A DNA stretch of 64,000 nucleotides from Micavibrio sp. UBA2400 (GCA_002343265.1 DDSC01000018.1:124945-188944), one strand, 5' to 3'. Numbered from the stretch's first letter, positions 20,498 through 31,247 are shown. Program-made: numbers and translations. The notes: generated from the sequence alone by a model not told the origin.

Positions 20498-20767
20498 TTA
20501 GACAGTGATATCAACCAGCGAGCCGCGCGGCTTGGGCTGGCTGTTATCATCCTCTTCGGGATCGCGCTTGGTCGCCAGATGGGTATCGCGCCCGCGCTCG
20601 CTTGGCGCTGGCGCACGCACAGCTTTGGCCTGATCCGGGCCGGAGACACTGGACTGTTGACGCACCGCGCCGGTTTCCTGCGCGCCAACGAGGCCCTGAA
20701 TGACCGGTGGTGTTGACCCAACTTGCATATTATCCAACCCTGTCTGTCCATTATCGGACTTATCCAC
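20498..20767 (-). CDS. Possible small acidic, disordered protein (GTG start); weak call
   Basis: Only ORF of note in the 20232-21084 gap; low-complexity composition. Confidence 0.15.
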   Translation of the reverse strand: MDKSDNGQTGLDNMQVGSTPPVIQGLVGAQETGAVRQQSSVSGPDQAKAVRAPAPSERGRDTHLATKRDPEEDDNSQPKPRGSLVDITV

Positions 20768-21084
20768 AGTGTAGCCCCAAGGGACTTAAGCCTCACTTAA
20801 GGGTAGTTCGCCGGTCTGTCAAAAATATCGTGCAACATTTGTGACAATAATCGTGAATTTTTTGACCTAGCCGCGGCGGCAGGTAAGGAAATGACGCCAA
20901 TGAATCAGGTCGCTAGAACGTTAAAGAACCCCTACTCGATAGCATTTGATTGGACGTGCTGATTAACTGGCTGGCAATCTCCGTTACCGAGAAATTGCTT
21001 TTAAAACCGAATCTTAACCGGTTGACGTTAATGTAAGGCATGAAGAATGGCTGCGGGAGTTGTTCTTCTTGAATATGAGCCCTT

Positions 21085-22200
21085 TTGACAGGTGCTGAGA
21101 TGGCTGCATCCTTTGCGGAAGTAGTCGCGTTGGCCAAAGACCGGACCCCGGCGGGACGGCGGCGTTTGGCCACGCAATTCAGTCAGGCTTTTTTCTCGAA
21201 CCAGTCGAGCTTCAGCAGTGCTGAGCGTAATCTGGCGCTGGACATCCTGACCGCCCTCATCCGCGATGCTGCTCTGGAAGTGCGCCGGGAGCTGGCCGCG
21301 GTACTAGCGCAGGACTCGCAGGTGCCGCGCGGACTGATACTCTCACTGGCAAATGATGTCATTGAAGTGGCCGGACCAGTGCTACAACACAGCAGCGTCC
21401 TGACTGAACCCGATCTGTTGGCCATAATACAGAGTCGCTCGCTTGAGCATCGGCTCGCCATTGCTCATCGGCCCCAATTACCCGATACGGTTACGCGCGA
21501 GCTGGCGTCCACCCGCGAAGTCCGTGTTGCGTTGGCGCTGCTGGGCAATATCTCCCTCCATTTATCGGACCCCACATTGCGGCTGCTGGCGCAGCAGGCG
21601 CTGGAGTCGAGCGAGGTGGGCGAGGCCATCGCACAGCGCTCGGAGCTGCCACAGGATCTGGCTGAGCAGATTTACTGGCTCATCAGCGAAGAGTTGCGTG
21701 AGCAGATGCGGCGCCGCTTTGACCTGAACCCCGGCCTGATCGAAAAGGCCCTAGGGGAAACCGTGAGGCGGTTGGCCGAGCGGCAGAGCGATCCTGCAAC
21801 ACGCCGCTCACTGGCTGACCGTTTGGTCGCCGGGGGCACTGTAACCGCTCCGTTCCTGATTGATTTGCTCAAGAACCGCGGCACCGATCTGTTTCGCGAT
21901 ATCCTGCTGGTTATGACCAAGCTGCGCTCTGGCGCGCTGGACATCTTACTGAGCACAGAAGGCAGCGAGTCACTGGCTCTGGTGTGCCGTGCGCTTGGTT
22001 TTGCCAAGACCGAAACCGCCAGCCTGCTGATGCTGGTGCGCGATAGGCTGGCTGGTGAGGCCAAGTTTGATCCGTCTGTTCTGGCCGATTGCCTGACCAC
22101 CTTTGCCCGCCTCACCGAAGGCGATGCCAAGACGGTCTTGTGGCAATGGCAGAGCGATCCATCCTATCTGCTCTCTCTCGGTAACCGGCGCCCGCAGTAA
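21085..22200 (+). CDS. Conserved hypothetical protein, all-alpha repeat protein (DUF2336-like, alphaproteobacterial)
   Basis: 371 aa, Leu/Ala/Arg-rich helical repeats; my recollection of DUF2336 architecture, not verifiable here. Confidence 0.4.
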   Translation: MTGAEMAASFAEVVALAKDRTPAGRRRLATQFSQAFFSNQSSFSSAERNLALDILTALIRDAALEVRRELAAVLAQDSQVPRGLILSLANDVIEVAGPVLQHSSVLTEPDLLAIIQSRSLEHRLAIAHRPQLPDTVTRELASTREVRVALALLGNISLHLSDPTLRLLAQQALESSEVGEAIAQRSELPQDLAEQIYWLISEELREQMRRRFDLNPGLIEKALGETVRRLAERQSDPATRRSLADRLVAGGTVTAPFLIDLLKNRGTDLFRDILLVMTKLRSGALDILLSTEGSESLALVCRALGFAKTETASLLMLVRDRLAGEAKFDPSVLADCLTTFARLTEGDAKTVLWQWQSDPSYLLSLGNRRPQ

Positions 22201-22204
22201 ATCC

Positions 22205-23401
22205 TCAGGTGGCTTGTTCCAGCGCCTTTACCCCCGGCAACTCCTTGCCCTCCAGCCATTCCAGAAAAGCCCCACCTGCAGTTGAAATATAACTGAACTG
22301 GTCCGCCACACCGGCGGCTTCCAGTGCGCTGACGGTATCGCCACCACCCGCCACGCTGAGGAGTTTTCCAGCGCGGGTTAATTCTGCGGCAGCCTTGGCC
22401 AGCGCATTTGTGCCCGCATTAAAGGGAGGAATTTCAAACGCCCCGAGCGGACCGTTCCACACCAGCGTTTTGCAGCTCTCCAGTTTTTGGGCGAACCGAG
22501 CACTGCTGAGCGGGCCGATATCCAGCGCCATCAGGTCGGCGGGAACGGCATCGACACTCGCGGCCAGTGCGCGCGTGCCCGCCTTAAACTCGGCGGCCAA
22601 CATCACATCTTCGGGCAGGAGAATGTCACAGCCATTGGTTTTGGCGGTAGCCAGAATGTCCCGTGCGGTATTCACCAGCTCAGCCTCCACCAATGACTTG
22701 CCCATCGGCTTGCCCTGAGCGAGCAGGAAGGTGTTAGCCATCGCCCCACCGATGATGAGGACATTCACCCGCTTGGTCAGGTTGGTCAGAATGTCGAGCT
22801 TGGTGGAGACTTTAGCCCCGCCCACCACGGCAGCAACCGGGCGCTGCGGATTACCCAAGGCGTGTTCCAGCGCCTCCAGTTCGGCCTGCATCAGGCGGCC
22901 TGCGGCACAGGGCAGTAGCCCGGCCAGCGCAGCGGTGGACGCATGTGCGCGGTGCGCGGCGGAGAAGGCATCATTGACATACAGATCGCCCAGCGCGGCA
23001 AGCTGCCGGGCAAACTCCGGATCGTTTTTCTCTTCGCCTTTGTGAAAGCGCACATTCTCAAGCAGCACAATGCCCCCGGCCGGGAGGGCAGCGATCGCCT
23101 CACGCGCGGGGGCACCCACGCAGTCAGTAGCAAACGCGACCGGCTGACCAACCGCCTTGCTCAGTTCGGCCACCAGCTGTTTTTGGCTGAAGTCCGACTC
23201 CTGCGCCTTGGGGCGGCCGAAATGGGAGAGGACCACCACCTTGGCCCCCTTGGCTGCCAATTCGCGGGCTGTTGGGGCAAAGCGGACAATCCGGGTGGCA
23301 TCGGTAATCACGCCATTTTCGGCCGGAACATTGAGATCCGCCCGCACAAGGACGGTTTTTCCAATAACATCAAGGGCATCGAGGGTCTTGAAGCTCGGCA
23401 T
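22205..23401 (-). CDS. pgk: Phosphoglycerate kinase
   Basis: 398 aa; N-term [26 protein letters not shown] is the canonical PGK signature. Confidence 0.9.
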   Translation of the reverse strand: MPSFKTLDALDVIGKTVLVRADLNVPAENGVITDATRIVRFAPTARELAAKGAKVVVLSHFGRPKAQESDFSQKQLVAELSKAVGQPVAFATDCVGAPAREAIAALPAGGIVLLENVRFHKGEEKNDPEFARQLAALGDLYVNDAFSAAHRAHASTAALAGLLPCAAGRLMQAELEALEHALGNPQRPVAAVVGGAKVSTKLDILTNLTKRVNVLIIGGAMANTFLLAQGKPMGKSLVEAELVNTARDILATAKTNGCDILLPEDVMLAAEFKAGTRALAASVDAVPADLMALDIGPLSSARFAQKLESCKTLVWNGPLGAFEIPPFNAGTNALAKAAAELTRAGKLLSVAGGGDTVSALEAAGVADQFSYISTAGGAFLEWLEGKELPGVKALEQAT

Positions 23402-23429
23402 TCTGTGAATCTTTCCAAACGCTTAGGTG

Positions 23430-23459
23430 TTGACAGCAAGGCGCCAAAGCCTCTATAAC
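23430..23459 (+). promoter_or_regulatory. Sigma-70-type promoter of rpmH: TTGACA - 18 bp - TATAAC
   Basis: Consensus -35 and near-consensus -10 found ~35 bp upstream of the rpmH ATG. Confidence 0.5.
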
Positions 23460-23493
23460 CCCCCGACTTTATTACGCAAGACCGGAGTTCATC

Positions 23494-23628
23494 ATGAAGC
23501 GCACCTATCAGCCCAGCAAGCTCGTCCGCAAGCGCCGTCACGGCTTTCGCTCGCGCATGGCTACCGTTGGTGGTCGCAAGGTGCTGGCCAATCGCCGTGC
23601 CCAGGGCCGCAAGAAGCTCTCGGCCTAA
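23494..23628 (+). CDS. rpmH: 50S ribosomal protein L34
   Basis: 44 aa [44 protein letters not shown]; below the ORF-track length cutoff, found by reading the sequence. Confidence 0.85.
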   Translation: MKRTYQPSKLVRKRRHGFRSRMATVGGRKVLANRRAQGRKKLSA

Positions 23629-23634
23629 CCTCCC

Positions 23635-23976
23635 ATGACGGCGCCAGCCCGCTTGTTGCGGCGCGCCGAGTTTCTGGCGGTGGCCGCCAGTGGCCGTAAA
23701 TGGGTGATGCCGGGTGTTATTCTGCAATGGGCCCCCGCCCCTGACCCTTCACAGATTCGTTATGGTTTAACAGCCTCGCGCAAAGTTGGTGGGGCCGTGC
23801 AGCGTAATCGTGCGCGGCGACGCTTGCGGGCGCTGACGTTGGCGCTTTTGCCAAACAGCGGGTTGAACGGGTGCGATCTGGTGCTGATCGCCCGCCCGGC
23901 GACTGTGACCCGGACCTTTGCCGATTTGCGGGCCGATCTGTTAACGGCGCTCGCCAAGGCCGGAGCGACGACATGA
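23635..23976 (+). CDS. rnpA: Ribonuclease P protein component
   Basis: 113 aa basic protein directly after rpmH; RNase P RNR-like motif (NRARRRLR). Confidence 0.8.
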   Translation: MTAPARLLRRAEFLAVAASGRKWVMPGVILQWAPAPDPSQIRYGLTASRKVGGAVQRNRARRRLRALTLALLPNSGLNGCDLVLIARPATVTRTFADLRADLLTALAKAGATT

Positions 23977-24206
23977 CCCGGCTGATTCTGTGGCTGCTGC
24001 GCATTTATAAGCTGGTCATATCCCCGCTCTTTTTCTATATGGGCGCACGGTGCCGATTTGAGCCAAGCTGCTCGGATTATATGGTACAAGCGGTCACCCG
24101 CCACGGTCCCGCCCGCGGTGTGTGGCTGGGGATCAAGCGGTTCTGCCGCTGCCATCCCTATGGTGGTTCAGGTCACGATCCGGTGCCGCCGCTGCGGTGT
24201 GAGTAG
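23973..24206 (+). CDS. yidD: Membrane protein insertion efficiency factor YidD
   Basis: [19 protein letters not shown]...[10 protein letters not shown]...[14 protein letters not shown], the conserved YidD signature; ATGA overlap with rnpA. Confidence 0.75.
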   Translation: MTRLILWLLRIYKLVISPLFFYMGARCRFEPSCSDYMVQAVTRHGPARGVWLGIKRFCRCHPYGGSGHDPVPPLRCE

Positions 24207-24226
24207 AGTTCTGTTCAGGAGTTGTC

Positions 24227-25981
24227 ATGTCATCCATGTTGCCCCCGCCCGCTGGTGATCCCAAAGACACCAAGAATCTGATGGCGGCGATCATCCTGTC
24301 GTTGCTGGTCATTGTCGGCTGGCAGTATTTCTACGAAAAGCCCCGGCAGGAACAGATCCGCGCGGCCCAGACCCAGCAGCAGCTGGCCGCGGCAACGGCT
24401 GGCACCGCGCCCGAGCAGGTGCCGGTGCTGCCCGAAGCGTCAAGCCCCGCACTCGTGACCACACCGCTCAGCCGTACCGAAGCGATCAAGGCCACGCCCC
24501 GCGTAAGTATCCAGACCGGCAACCTGCACGGATCCATCAATCTGCGCGGTGGCCGTTTTGATGATCTGACGCTGGTGCGCTATCGCGAGACTGTGGACCC
24601 GGAATCGCCGGAGATCGTGCTGCTGTCCCCGGCGGGCAGCGAAGCCCCGTATTATGCCGAGCTGGGGTGGCGGGCCGGTGCCGGGGTCGTGGTGCCCGAT
24701 GCCGAGACGCTATGGCAAGCGGACAAGTTTACGCTCAGCGCCGGAGAAACAGTCACGCTGAGCTGGGACAATGGTGCTGGCCTGCGCTTTGAGCGCAAGA
24801 TCAGTCTGGATGACCAGTATCTCTTCACCATCACGCAAAGCGTGCACAACAGCACGGCTACAGCCGTGAATCTGCATGGCTATGGCCTGATTGCCCGTAC
24901 CTTTGACCCGGCCTACAGCTCGCTCTATCTGCAGCATGAGGGGCCCATTGCCGTCTTTGACGGGCAGCTCGTGGAGCATGACTACAATGAGGTTGCGCAG
25001 GACAAACTCATCAAGCAGGACAGCACCGGCGGCTGGCTGGGCTTTACTGATAAATACTGGCTGGTCGCGCTGGTGCCCGAGCAGACAGCGCAGCTGTCGA
25101 CCCGCACGCTGCACGTGCCGCAGGTCTCGGACCAGCGTTTCCAGATGGATTATCTTGCGCAGGCCACTCTACTGGCGCCAGGACAGAGCCAGAGCGTGAC
25201 CACGCACCTGTTCGCCGGAGCCAAGGAAGTGCGCGCGCTGGATCGCTATCAGAGCGATCTGAAAATTCCGCACTTCGATCTGGCGATTGATTTCGGCTGG
25301 TTCTATTTCCTGACCAAACCGTTCTTCTACGCACTGGACCTGCTGTCGGGCTGGCTCGGCAGCTTTGCCTTGGGCATTTTGGCCTTTACCGTGCTGCTGA
25401 AGCTGGCGCTGTTCAAACTGGCCGATCACTCCTATGTGTCGATGGCCAAGATGAAAAACGTCATGCCGAGACTACAGGAGATTCGCGAGACCTATGCCAA
25501 TGACACCGCACGCCAGAGTCAGGAAATGATGGCGCTGTACAAGAAGGAGGGCATCAATCCGGCCTCCGGCTGTTGGCCGATCCTGATCCAGATTCCGATC
25601 TTCTTTGCCCTCTACAAGGTGCTGTATGTGTCGATCGAAATGCGGCACGCGCCGTTCTATGGCTGGATCCGCGACATGTCGGCGATGGACCCGAGCAACC
25701 TGTTCACCCTGTTCGGTCTGCTCAGCTGGACACCGCCGAGCGGCCTGCATATCGGCATCTTTCCGCTGCTGATGGGTCTGACCATGTGGCTGCAGATGAA
25801 GATGAGCCCGCCGCCTACCGATCCGACCCAGCGCATGATTATCGGCTTCATGCCCATTTTACTAACGGTGTCGCTCTCGCATATGGCGGCCGGGCTGGTG
25901 ATCTACTGGACCTGGAGCAATATCCTCTCCATTCTCCAGCAGTTCATCATTAACCGCCGCATGAAAGTGCGGATGCTGTGA
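24227..25981 (+). CDS. yidC: Membrane protein insertase YidC
   Basis: 584 aa, large periplasmic domain plus conserved C-terminal 5-TM 60-kDa-IMP region. Confidence 0.9.
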   Translation: MSSMLPPPAGDPKDTKNLMAAIILSLLVIVGWQYFYEKPRQEQIRAAQTQQQLAAATAGTAPEQVPVLPEASSPALVTTPLSRTEAIKATPRVSIQTGNLHGSINLRGGRFDDLTLVRYRETVDPESPEIVLLSPAGSEAPYYAELGWRAGAGVVVPDAETLWQADKFTLSAGETVTLSWDNGAGLRFERKISLDDQYLFTITQSVHNSTATAVNLHGYGLIARTFDPAYSSLYLQHEGPIAVFDGQLVEHDYNEVAQDKLIKQDSTGGWLGFTDKYWLVALVPEQTAQLSTRTLHVPQVSDQRFQMDYLAQATLLAPGQSQSVTTHLFAGAKEVRALDRYQSDLKIPHFDLAIDFGWFYFLTKPFFYALDLLSGWLGSFALGILAFTVLLKLALFKLADHSYVSMAKMKNVMPRLQEIRETYANDTARQSQEMMALYKKEGINPASGCWPILIQIPIFFALYKVLYVSIEMRHAPFYGWIRDMSAMDPSNLFTLFGLLSWTPPSGLHIGIFPLLMGLTMWLQMKMSPPPTDPTQRMIIGFMPILLTVSLSHMAAGLVIYWTWSNILSILQQFIINRRMKVRML

Positions 25982-26598
25982 ACGGAACGCGCCTGTCCGG
26001 TGAGCAGCTATTCCGCCAGCCCTGCGAATTTCTCGCCGGGGCCAGCAGTGTGGAGTCCCTGCCGCCCCCCGGTTTACCGGAAGTGGCATTTGCCGGGCGC
26101 TCCAACGTGGGCAAGAGCAGCCTTGTCAACGCGCTGACCAAGCGCAAGAGTCTAGCCCGCGTTTCGCACACACCGGGCCGGACACAGGAAGTGAACTTCT
26201 TTGAATTTGCGGACCGGCTGCGGCTGGTCGATCTGCCCGGCTATGGTTTTGCCAAGGTCGAGCGCAGCAAGGTCGGCGGTTGGCAGCGCCTCATCAAGGA
26301 CTATCTGCGCGGGCGGGTACCACTGCGCCGGGTCTGTGTGCTGATCGATAGCCGCCATGGCGTTAAAGAGGTTGACCGCGAAATTTTTGCCCTGCTTAAC
26401 CAGTCGGCGGTGCCCTTCCAGGTTGTGCTGACCAAAATTGATGAACTGAAAGCCGGCGAACTGGAGGCGCGGATTGCCGACATGGTAGCGGTCCTGAAAA
26501 AGAATCCGGCCGCTCTACCCACTCCGCTGGCAGTCTCAAGCCACCGCGGCGATGGCATGGACGCCCTGCGTGAGGCGCTGGCCGAGCTGGCTGTGTGA
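25978..26598 (+). CDS. engB: Ribosome biogenesis GTP-binding protein YihA/EngB
   Basis: G1 GRSNVGKSSLVNAL, G3 DLPGYG, G4 TKID. Confidence 0.85.
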   Translation: MNGTRLSGEQLFRQPCEFLAGASSVESLPPPGLPEVAFAGRSNVGKSSLVNALTKRKSLARVSHTPGRTQEVNFFEFADRLRLVDLPGYGFAKVERSKVGGWQRLIKDYLRGRVPLRRVCVLIDSRHGVKEVDREIFALLNQSAVPFQVVLTKIDELKAGELEARIADMVAVLKKNPAALPTPLAVSSHRGDGMDALREALAELAV

Positions 26599-26600
26599 GA

Positions 26601-28244
26601 TTACTCCACCACCGACCAGGTTGATTTACCGCTGCGCTTGGCCGCATACATAGCGGCATCGGCTTTTTCCATCAGTACTTGCAGACGCGCCGAGGTATGT
26701 GCCGGGATCAGCACCGCGCCCACCGACAAGCCCAAGGGCTTATCCGGGGCGGCGGAGAGACTGCGCAGCTCGGCACCGGTCGCGACGATGCGCTTGGCGA
26801 TCGCCTCGACCTCGGCACGATCGACCGCCTCGAGCCAGAGGACAAACTCATCACCCCCCATGCGCCCGGCCAGATCGCCGGGCCGGGCAATCAGACGCAG
26901 GATATCCGCCACTTTGCGGATCACCATATCGCCACGCTGGTGGCCATGGGTGTCATTAACCGGCTTGAAATTATCAAGATCGATGTAAAACAGAGCCGAC
27001 GCACGGTCGGTGCCTGCCAGTGCCTCGCCCAGCTTTTCGGTAAAGGTGCTGCGGTTATACAGGCGGGTAAGGCCATCACATTCGGAGAGCACGCGCAGGC
27101 GCTCCTGCGTCTCCACCTGTGCGATGACGATACCCAGGTGGTCAGCCACTTCGCGCAGCAGGGTTTGATCGCTCTCCGGCCAGCTTCCCTGTTCCGCCGG
27201 GCGCCACAGCCAGATACTACCGTTGATGCGCGCCCCCTGCCGGGTCGCAATACCGATCATGGTGGTGCTGCCTTGCTCGATCACCCAGACAGTGGGGCCA
27301 TGCTCGCCCAGCTTGCGGTTATAGCTATTGACGATTTCGGGCAGCGCACCGCCGGTTTCAACCGCCATGTGCAGTTCGTCAAGATCATCGGCGCTATAAA
27401 TGCGGCAGCCACTCCCCCCGAGCGCCCGGTTGATTTCACGGGCCGCGATGTCCAGGGCACTGCGGGTTTGCTCGGCCTCGCGTACGCTTTTCATGAACCC
27501 GGCAATCAGCTGGTCGCGGCGCTGGCGCTGGGCCAGCTCCTCCTGCCGGGCGGCACTGGAGGTTATGTCCTTGGCGACGCCCCGCCGCCCCTTGATCTCG
27601 CCATAGGGGGATAGCACCGGGCGTATTGAGATCAGTGTGCGCGCCAGCGAGCCATCCTTACGGCGCAGCCAGCACTGCCGGTTATCCAGCGGCTGGGATG
27701 TCTCGAAGACATTGCTCTCATGCAAGTGCATGCGAACCTGCAGTTCCTGCGCCCGCTGCCCTTTCAGCTCTTCGGCGCTATAGCCGAGGAACTGCCCTCC
27801 GACAATGTAACTGAACTGACCATCCGCATTCACCTCAAACGCCAGATCCGCCGACAACTCCACCAGATCGCGAAAGCGGTCGCGACTATCGGTCAGAACT
27901 TCATTAAGGCTACGCTCCAACGTGACATTCCGGCCGAGCAACAGTAACCCCGGCGCGGCGGGTAGCGCGACCCACTCCACCAGAATGACTCCGCTCTCCT
28001 GCGGAATACGCGCCAGATGCGGGGAGCGACTACCCCGGGTTTGCGCGAGTGCCAGCCACTCCTGCATCTCGCGCCACCACCCGGTGCCGAATTCCTGCAG
28101 CGAAGCCGCCGCCGTATTGCTGGCCAGCAGACGACCCTCCAACGCATAGAGCGCCGGGCCGGGATAGACGCCCAGCAACTGGGTCGCCAGCTCAGGTAGC
28201 GCTGGCGCAGCGGGCAGGTCAGGAACAGGGTCGGCGGCACTCAT
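26601..28244 (-). CDS. Sensor-domain diguanylate cyclase (PAS/GAF-like N-terminal region + GGDEF)
   Basis: C-terminal GGDEF domain (RLYNRSTF...GGDEF...) preceded by ~350 aa sensory region. Confidence 0.8.
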   Translation of the reverse strand: MSAADPVPDLPAAPALPELATQLLGVYPGPALYALEGRLLASNTAAASLQEFGTGWWREMQEWLALAQTRGSRSPHLARIPQESGVILVEWVALPAAPGLLLLGRNVTLERSLNEVLTDSRDRFRDLVELSADLAFEVNADGQFSYIVGGQFLGYSAEELKGQRAQELQVRMHLHESNVFETSQPLDNRQCWLRRKDGSLARTLISIRPVLSPYGEIKGRRGVAKDITSSAARQEELAQRQRRDQLIAGFMKSVREAEQTRSALDIAAREINRALGGSGCRIYSADDLDELHMAVETGGALPEIVNSYNRKLGEHGPTVWVIEQGSTTMIGIATRQGARINGSIWLWRPAEQGSWPESDQTLLREVADHLGIVIAQVETQERLRVLSECDGLTRLYNRSTFTEKLGEALAGTDRASALFYIDLDNFKPVNDTHGHQRGDMVIRKVADILRLIARPGDLAGRMGGDEFVLWLEAVDRAEVEAIAKRIVATGAELRSLSAAPDKPLGLSVGAVLIPAHTSARLQVLMEKADAAMYAAKRSGKSTWSVVE

Positions 28245-28277
28245 GCTCTCCTAGTCTAGCGTGCAAGGCCTGACTGT

Positions 28278-28994
28278 TTGGTTAATGAGCCCAACGTAAA
28301 TCTGGCTAACATATTGATTTTTATCAGTTTGGGCATTGCGGTTTCGCCAGCTCCGGCTAGTGTCGCTCCCAGCGGAGGCCAGATGATAAAAGGACACGAA
28401 ATCCTGCGGGCATTTGTCGTGGCTAGCCGTCTGGCCCGGTTTGACCTTGCGGCGGCGGGCGGATTACCGCGCGATCTGGCTGCGGCGTGGTCAAGTTTTC
28501 GAGCACTTGGCCTGGCTATCCCGCTTATGATTTATGCCAGCTGGCCTACAGCCCCCGAGTTTTTTACCCGCACCGGGCTTACGCCACTCACGCTCAGCCT
28601 GATTATGACCTTGCAGATGCTGCTAAGTCTGCTTGGCTTTTATCTTCTGCTGGCGGTGATGGCGCGGCGGCTGGGCTTTGTGCGGCGGGTGCCTCACTAT
28701 ATCTGTGTCCAGAACTGGTGTGCCTTGCCGGTGACAACACTGCTAGTGCTCGTGTATGGCGGGCTACGCCTGAGTGCACCGGTGGTGCTGGAGTCCGAGT
28801 GGTTCGAACCCCTGCTGCGCGGGCTGCTGCTGATGTTCAGCTGGGTCATTACCACCGCCACCTTGCACCTCAAGCCGGTTCCCGCTTTTGTGTTATGCTT
28901 GATTGAATTGTTCCTTAGCCGCTTTATCCAGCAGGGGACCGACGTGATCATAGCTCTGACCCTGATCAGCCAGCAAGCGGGGGCAGCCCCATGA
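28278..28994 (+). CDS. Hypothetical polytopic membrane protein (possibly Yip1-like); start uncertain
   Basis: 4-5 TM helices; upstream half of a tandem pair of similar membrane proteins. Confidence 0.35.
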   Translation: MVNEPNVNLANILIFISLGIAVSPAPASVAPSGGQMIKGHEILRAFVVASRLARFDLAAAGGLPRDLAAAWSSFRALGLAIPLMIYASWPTAPEFFTRTGLTPLTLSLIMTLQMLLSLLGFYLLLAVMARRLGFVRRVPHYICVQNWCALPVTTLLVLVYGGLRLSAPVVLESEWFEPLLRGLLLMFSWVITTATLHLKPVPAFVLCLIELFLSRFIQQGTDVIIALTLISQQAGAAP

Positions 28995-29593
28995 CCTTGC
29001 TGGCGACACTTCGTCATCACCTCGCCGCCGTGGGCGGACTACTGCTGTTTCGACCCGGCAGCGCCGAGCGGCTGGCCCCTGATTCAGCGACGGCAACCCG
29101 ATCGCTGCACACCTTATGGTTTGAAGCGCCGTATGCCCTGACGGTCGGGTATATTGTCGATCAGCCGGATCTTGAAAAATTTGCGGTGCCGGTGTGGGTT
29201 TATTTCGTTTTCCGGGGCTGGAGCTATGTAGCCCGACTGCTTGCCACCTTCTGGCTGGTGCGGCTGCATGCCCAGTGGCAAGGCGCGGGTGAGCACAACG
29301 CACGCTGGATCACCGCCTTTAACTGGATGAATGTGCTGACCGATTTACTACTCCTGCCGTTTCTGCTGTACAGCCTTATGGTACCGCTGACGCGCGAGGA
29401 GTTGATTGTCATGGGGACCGCGACCTACCTGTTCATCATTTACAGTTACTGGGCGCTGACGTGGCAGGTGCTAAAGGTCAATCCGTTCTTTGCCGCGGGC
29501 GTAGCCATGATCCCGGTATTTATCAGCGATATGCTGTATAATTTCTCGAATCTGAAAATGTTTGGCTCAATCCGCCCATTCTTCGATCAGTAA
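28991..29593 (+). CDS. Hypothetical polytopic membrane protein, probable paralogue of the upstream gene
   Basis: ATGA overlap with the upstream ORF; 200 aa, 4-5 TM. Confidence 0.4.
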   Translation: MTLLATLRHHLAAVGGLLLFRPGSAERLAPDSATATRSLHTLWFEAPYALTVGYIVDQPDLEKFAVPVWVYFVFRGWSYVARLLATFWLVRLHAQWQGAGEHNARWITAFNWMNVLTDLLLLPFLLYSLMVPLTREELIVMGTATYLFIIYSYWALTWQVLKVNPFFAAGVAMIPVFISDMLYNFSNLKMFGSIRPFFDQ

Positions 29594-30324
29594 AGCACTT
29601 TGAGCAGATACAACCCGTCGGGGGGGCAAGTCGGGCCGCCAGCGCTGCGATCGCGGGCATCCAGAGCCGATTTCACATCCTTGGCAGTCCATTTCCCGCT
29701 ACCAACCAGCGCCAGCGTGCCCACCATATTGCGCACCTGATGGTGCAGGAACGAACGCGCACGGGTAAAGATCTCGATCTCATCGCCCCGGCGGGTAACG
29801 GTCAACTCATCAAGCGTTTTCAGGGGTGATCTGGCCTGACACTCGGCCGCCCGAAAGCTGGTGAAATCATGCGCCCCTACCAACATCTGCGCCGCCGTGT
29901 GCATGGCGGCAGCATCAAGCGCATAAGGCACATACCACACCCGCCCGGCATCCAGTGCGGGGGGACTGCGGCGATTAAGGATGCGGAAAATATATTGCCG
30001 TTCGATCGCGCTGGTGCGGGCATGAAACGCGTCATCAACCTCGTGGGCCGCCAGTACGCTGACTGGATGCGGCTTGAGGTGAAAATTCATCCCATCGCGG
30101 ATATCTTTGGCGCTGCGCGGTTTAGCAATATCCATATGTGCGACCTGACCGAGCGCATGAACACCAGCATCGGTGCGGCCGGCACCCTGTACCAGTACCG
30201 CTTCGCCGGCCAGTTTTTCCGCGGCCTCCTCCAGCACCTGCTGGACGGACAGGCCCGTCTCCTGCCGCTGCCAGCCGATGAAGGGGCCGCCATCATATTC
30301 CAGAGTGATCTTCCAGCGGCTCAT
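29587..30324 (-). CDS. truA: tRNA pseudouridine(38-40) synthase TruA (start MSRWKITLEYDG; ATGA overlap with fmt)
   Basis: Canonical N-term R.KL.L.YDGT.F.GWQ.Q pattern and TruA catalytic region. Confidence 0.8.
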   Translation of the reverse strand: MSRWKITLEYDGGPFIGWQRQETGLSVQQVLEEAAEKLAGEAVLVQGAGRTDAGVHALGQVAHMDIAKPRSAKDIRDGMNFHLKPHPVSVLAAHEVDDAFHARTSAIERQYIFRILNRRSPPALDAGRVWYVPYALDAAAMHTAAQMLVGAHDFTSFRAAECQARSPLKTLDELTVTRRGDEIEIFTRARSFLHHQVRNMVGTLALVGSGKWTAKDVKSALDARDRSAGGPTCPPDGLYLLKVLY

Positions 30325-31244
30325 GCGGCCAGCATCGTGCCGGGGGTAATGCTCAGGCCGCGCAGACACGCCGCCCCCGCCACGGCACTGCGGCCGGGGC
30401 GCTGGACCAGGGTCAGGCGCAAAGCGCCTTCGCCACAGGCGATGGTGAACTGGTCATCCAACAAGGTGCCGGGCGGGCCGGATTGAGTCACAACTTCGGC
30501 CTGCAGCAGCTTGATCTGCTCACCGCCAAGAGTGAACTGCAAGCCCGGCCATGGTGTAAACGCGCGCAGACGCCGCTCGAGCACAACAGCTGGATCAGCC
30601 CAATCAATCAGGCTTTCCGCCTTCTCCAGCTTTTTGGCGTACGTTACGCCCTCAATCGGCTGGGCGATGCACGGCAGCTTTCGCGCCGCCAACGCCTCCA
30701 GATGGTCAGCCAGTAATGTGGCTCCCGCCGCCGCCATGGCATCGTGCAACGTCGCGGCGGTGGTTTGTGGTGTGATTGGAAGGACCGTATGAGCAAACAC
30801 CCCACCGGTATCGAGCCCCTCTTCCATCGCCATCAAACAGATGCCGGTATGTGTGTCGCCTGCTTCAATCGCGCGCTGAATCGGAGCGGCCCCGCGCCAG
30901 CGCGGCAGCAGTGAGCCATGCAGATTGACACAACCCGCACGGGGGGCATCAAGAATCGGTTTGGGCAAGATCAGGCCATACGCCGCCACAATGGCCAGAT
31001 CGAGGTTGAGGGCGGCGAATTTTTCCTGCTCGGCTGCATCGCGCAGGGTCTTGGGGGTAAACACCGGCACTCCGGCCTGCGCGGCGACCTGATGCACGGG
31101 TGAAGGCTGAACCTGATGACCTCGGCCTTTGGGTTTGGGGGCTTGGGTATACACAGCCACCACCTCATGACCCGAGCGCAGCAAGACCTGAAGGGCGGGC
31201 ACTGCAAACTCCGGCGTGCCCATAAAAGCCAGACGCAGCGGCAT
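30321..31244 (-). CDS. fmt: Methionyl-tRNA formyltransferase
   Basis: MPLRLAFMGTPEFAVPAL..., formyl-transferase N and C domains, def-fmt synteny. Confidence 0.85.
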   Translation of the reverse strand: MPLRLAFMGTPEFAVPALQVLLRSGHEVVAVYTQAPKPKGRGHQVQPSPVHQVAAQAGVPVFTPKTLRDAAEQEKFAALNLDLAIVAAYGLILPKPILDAPRAGCVNLHGSLLPRWRGAAPIQRAIEAGDTHTGICLMAMEEGLDTGGVFAHTVLPITPQTTAATLHDAMAAAGATLLADHLEALAARKLPCIAQPIEGVTYAKKLEKAESLIDWADPAVVLERRLRAFTPWPGLQFTLGGEQIKLLQAEVVTQSGPPGTLLDDQFTIACGEGALRLTLVQRPGRSAVAGAACLRGLSITPGTMLAA

Positions 31245-31247
31245 GGA

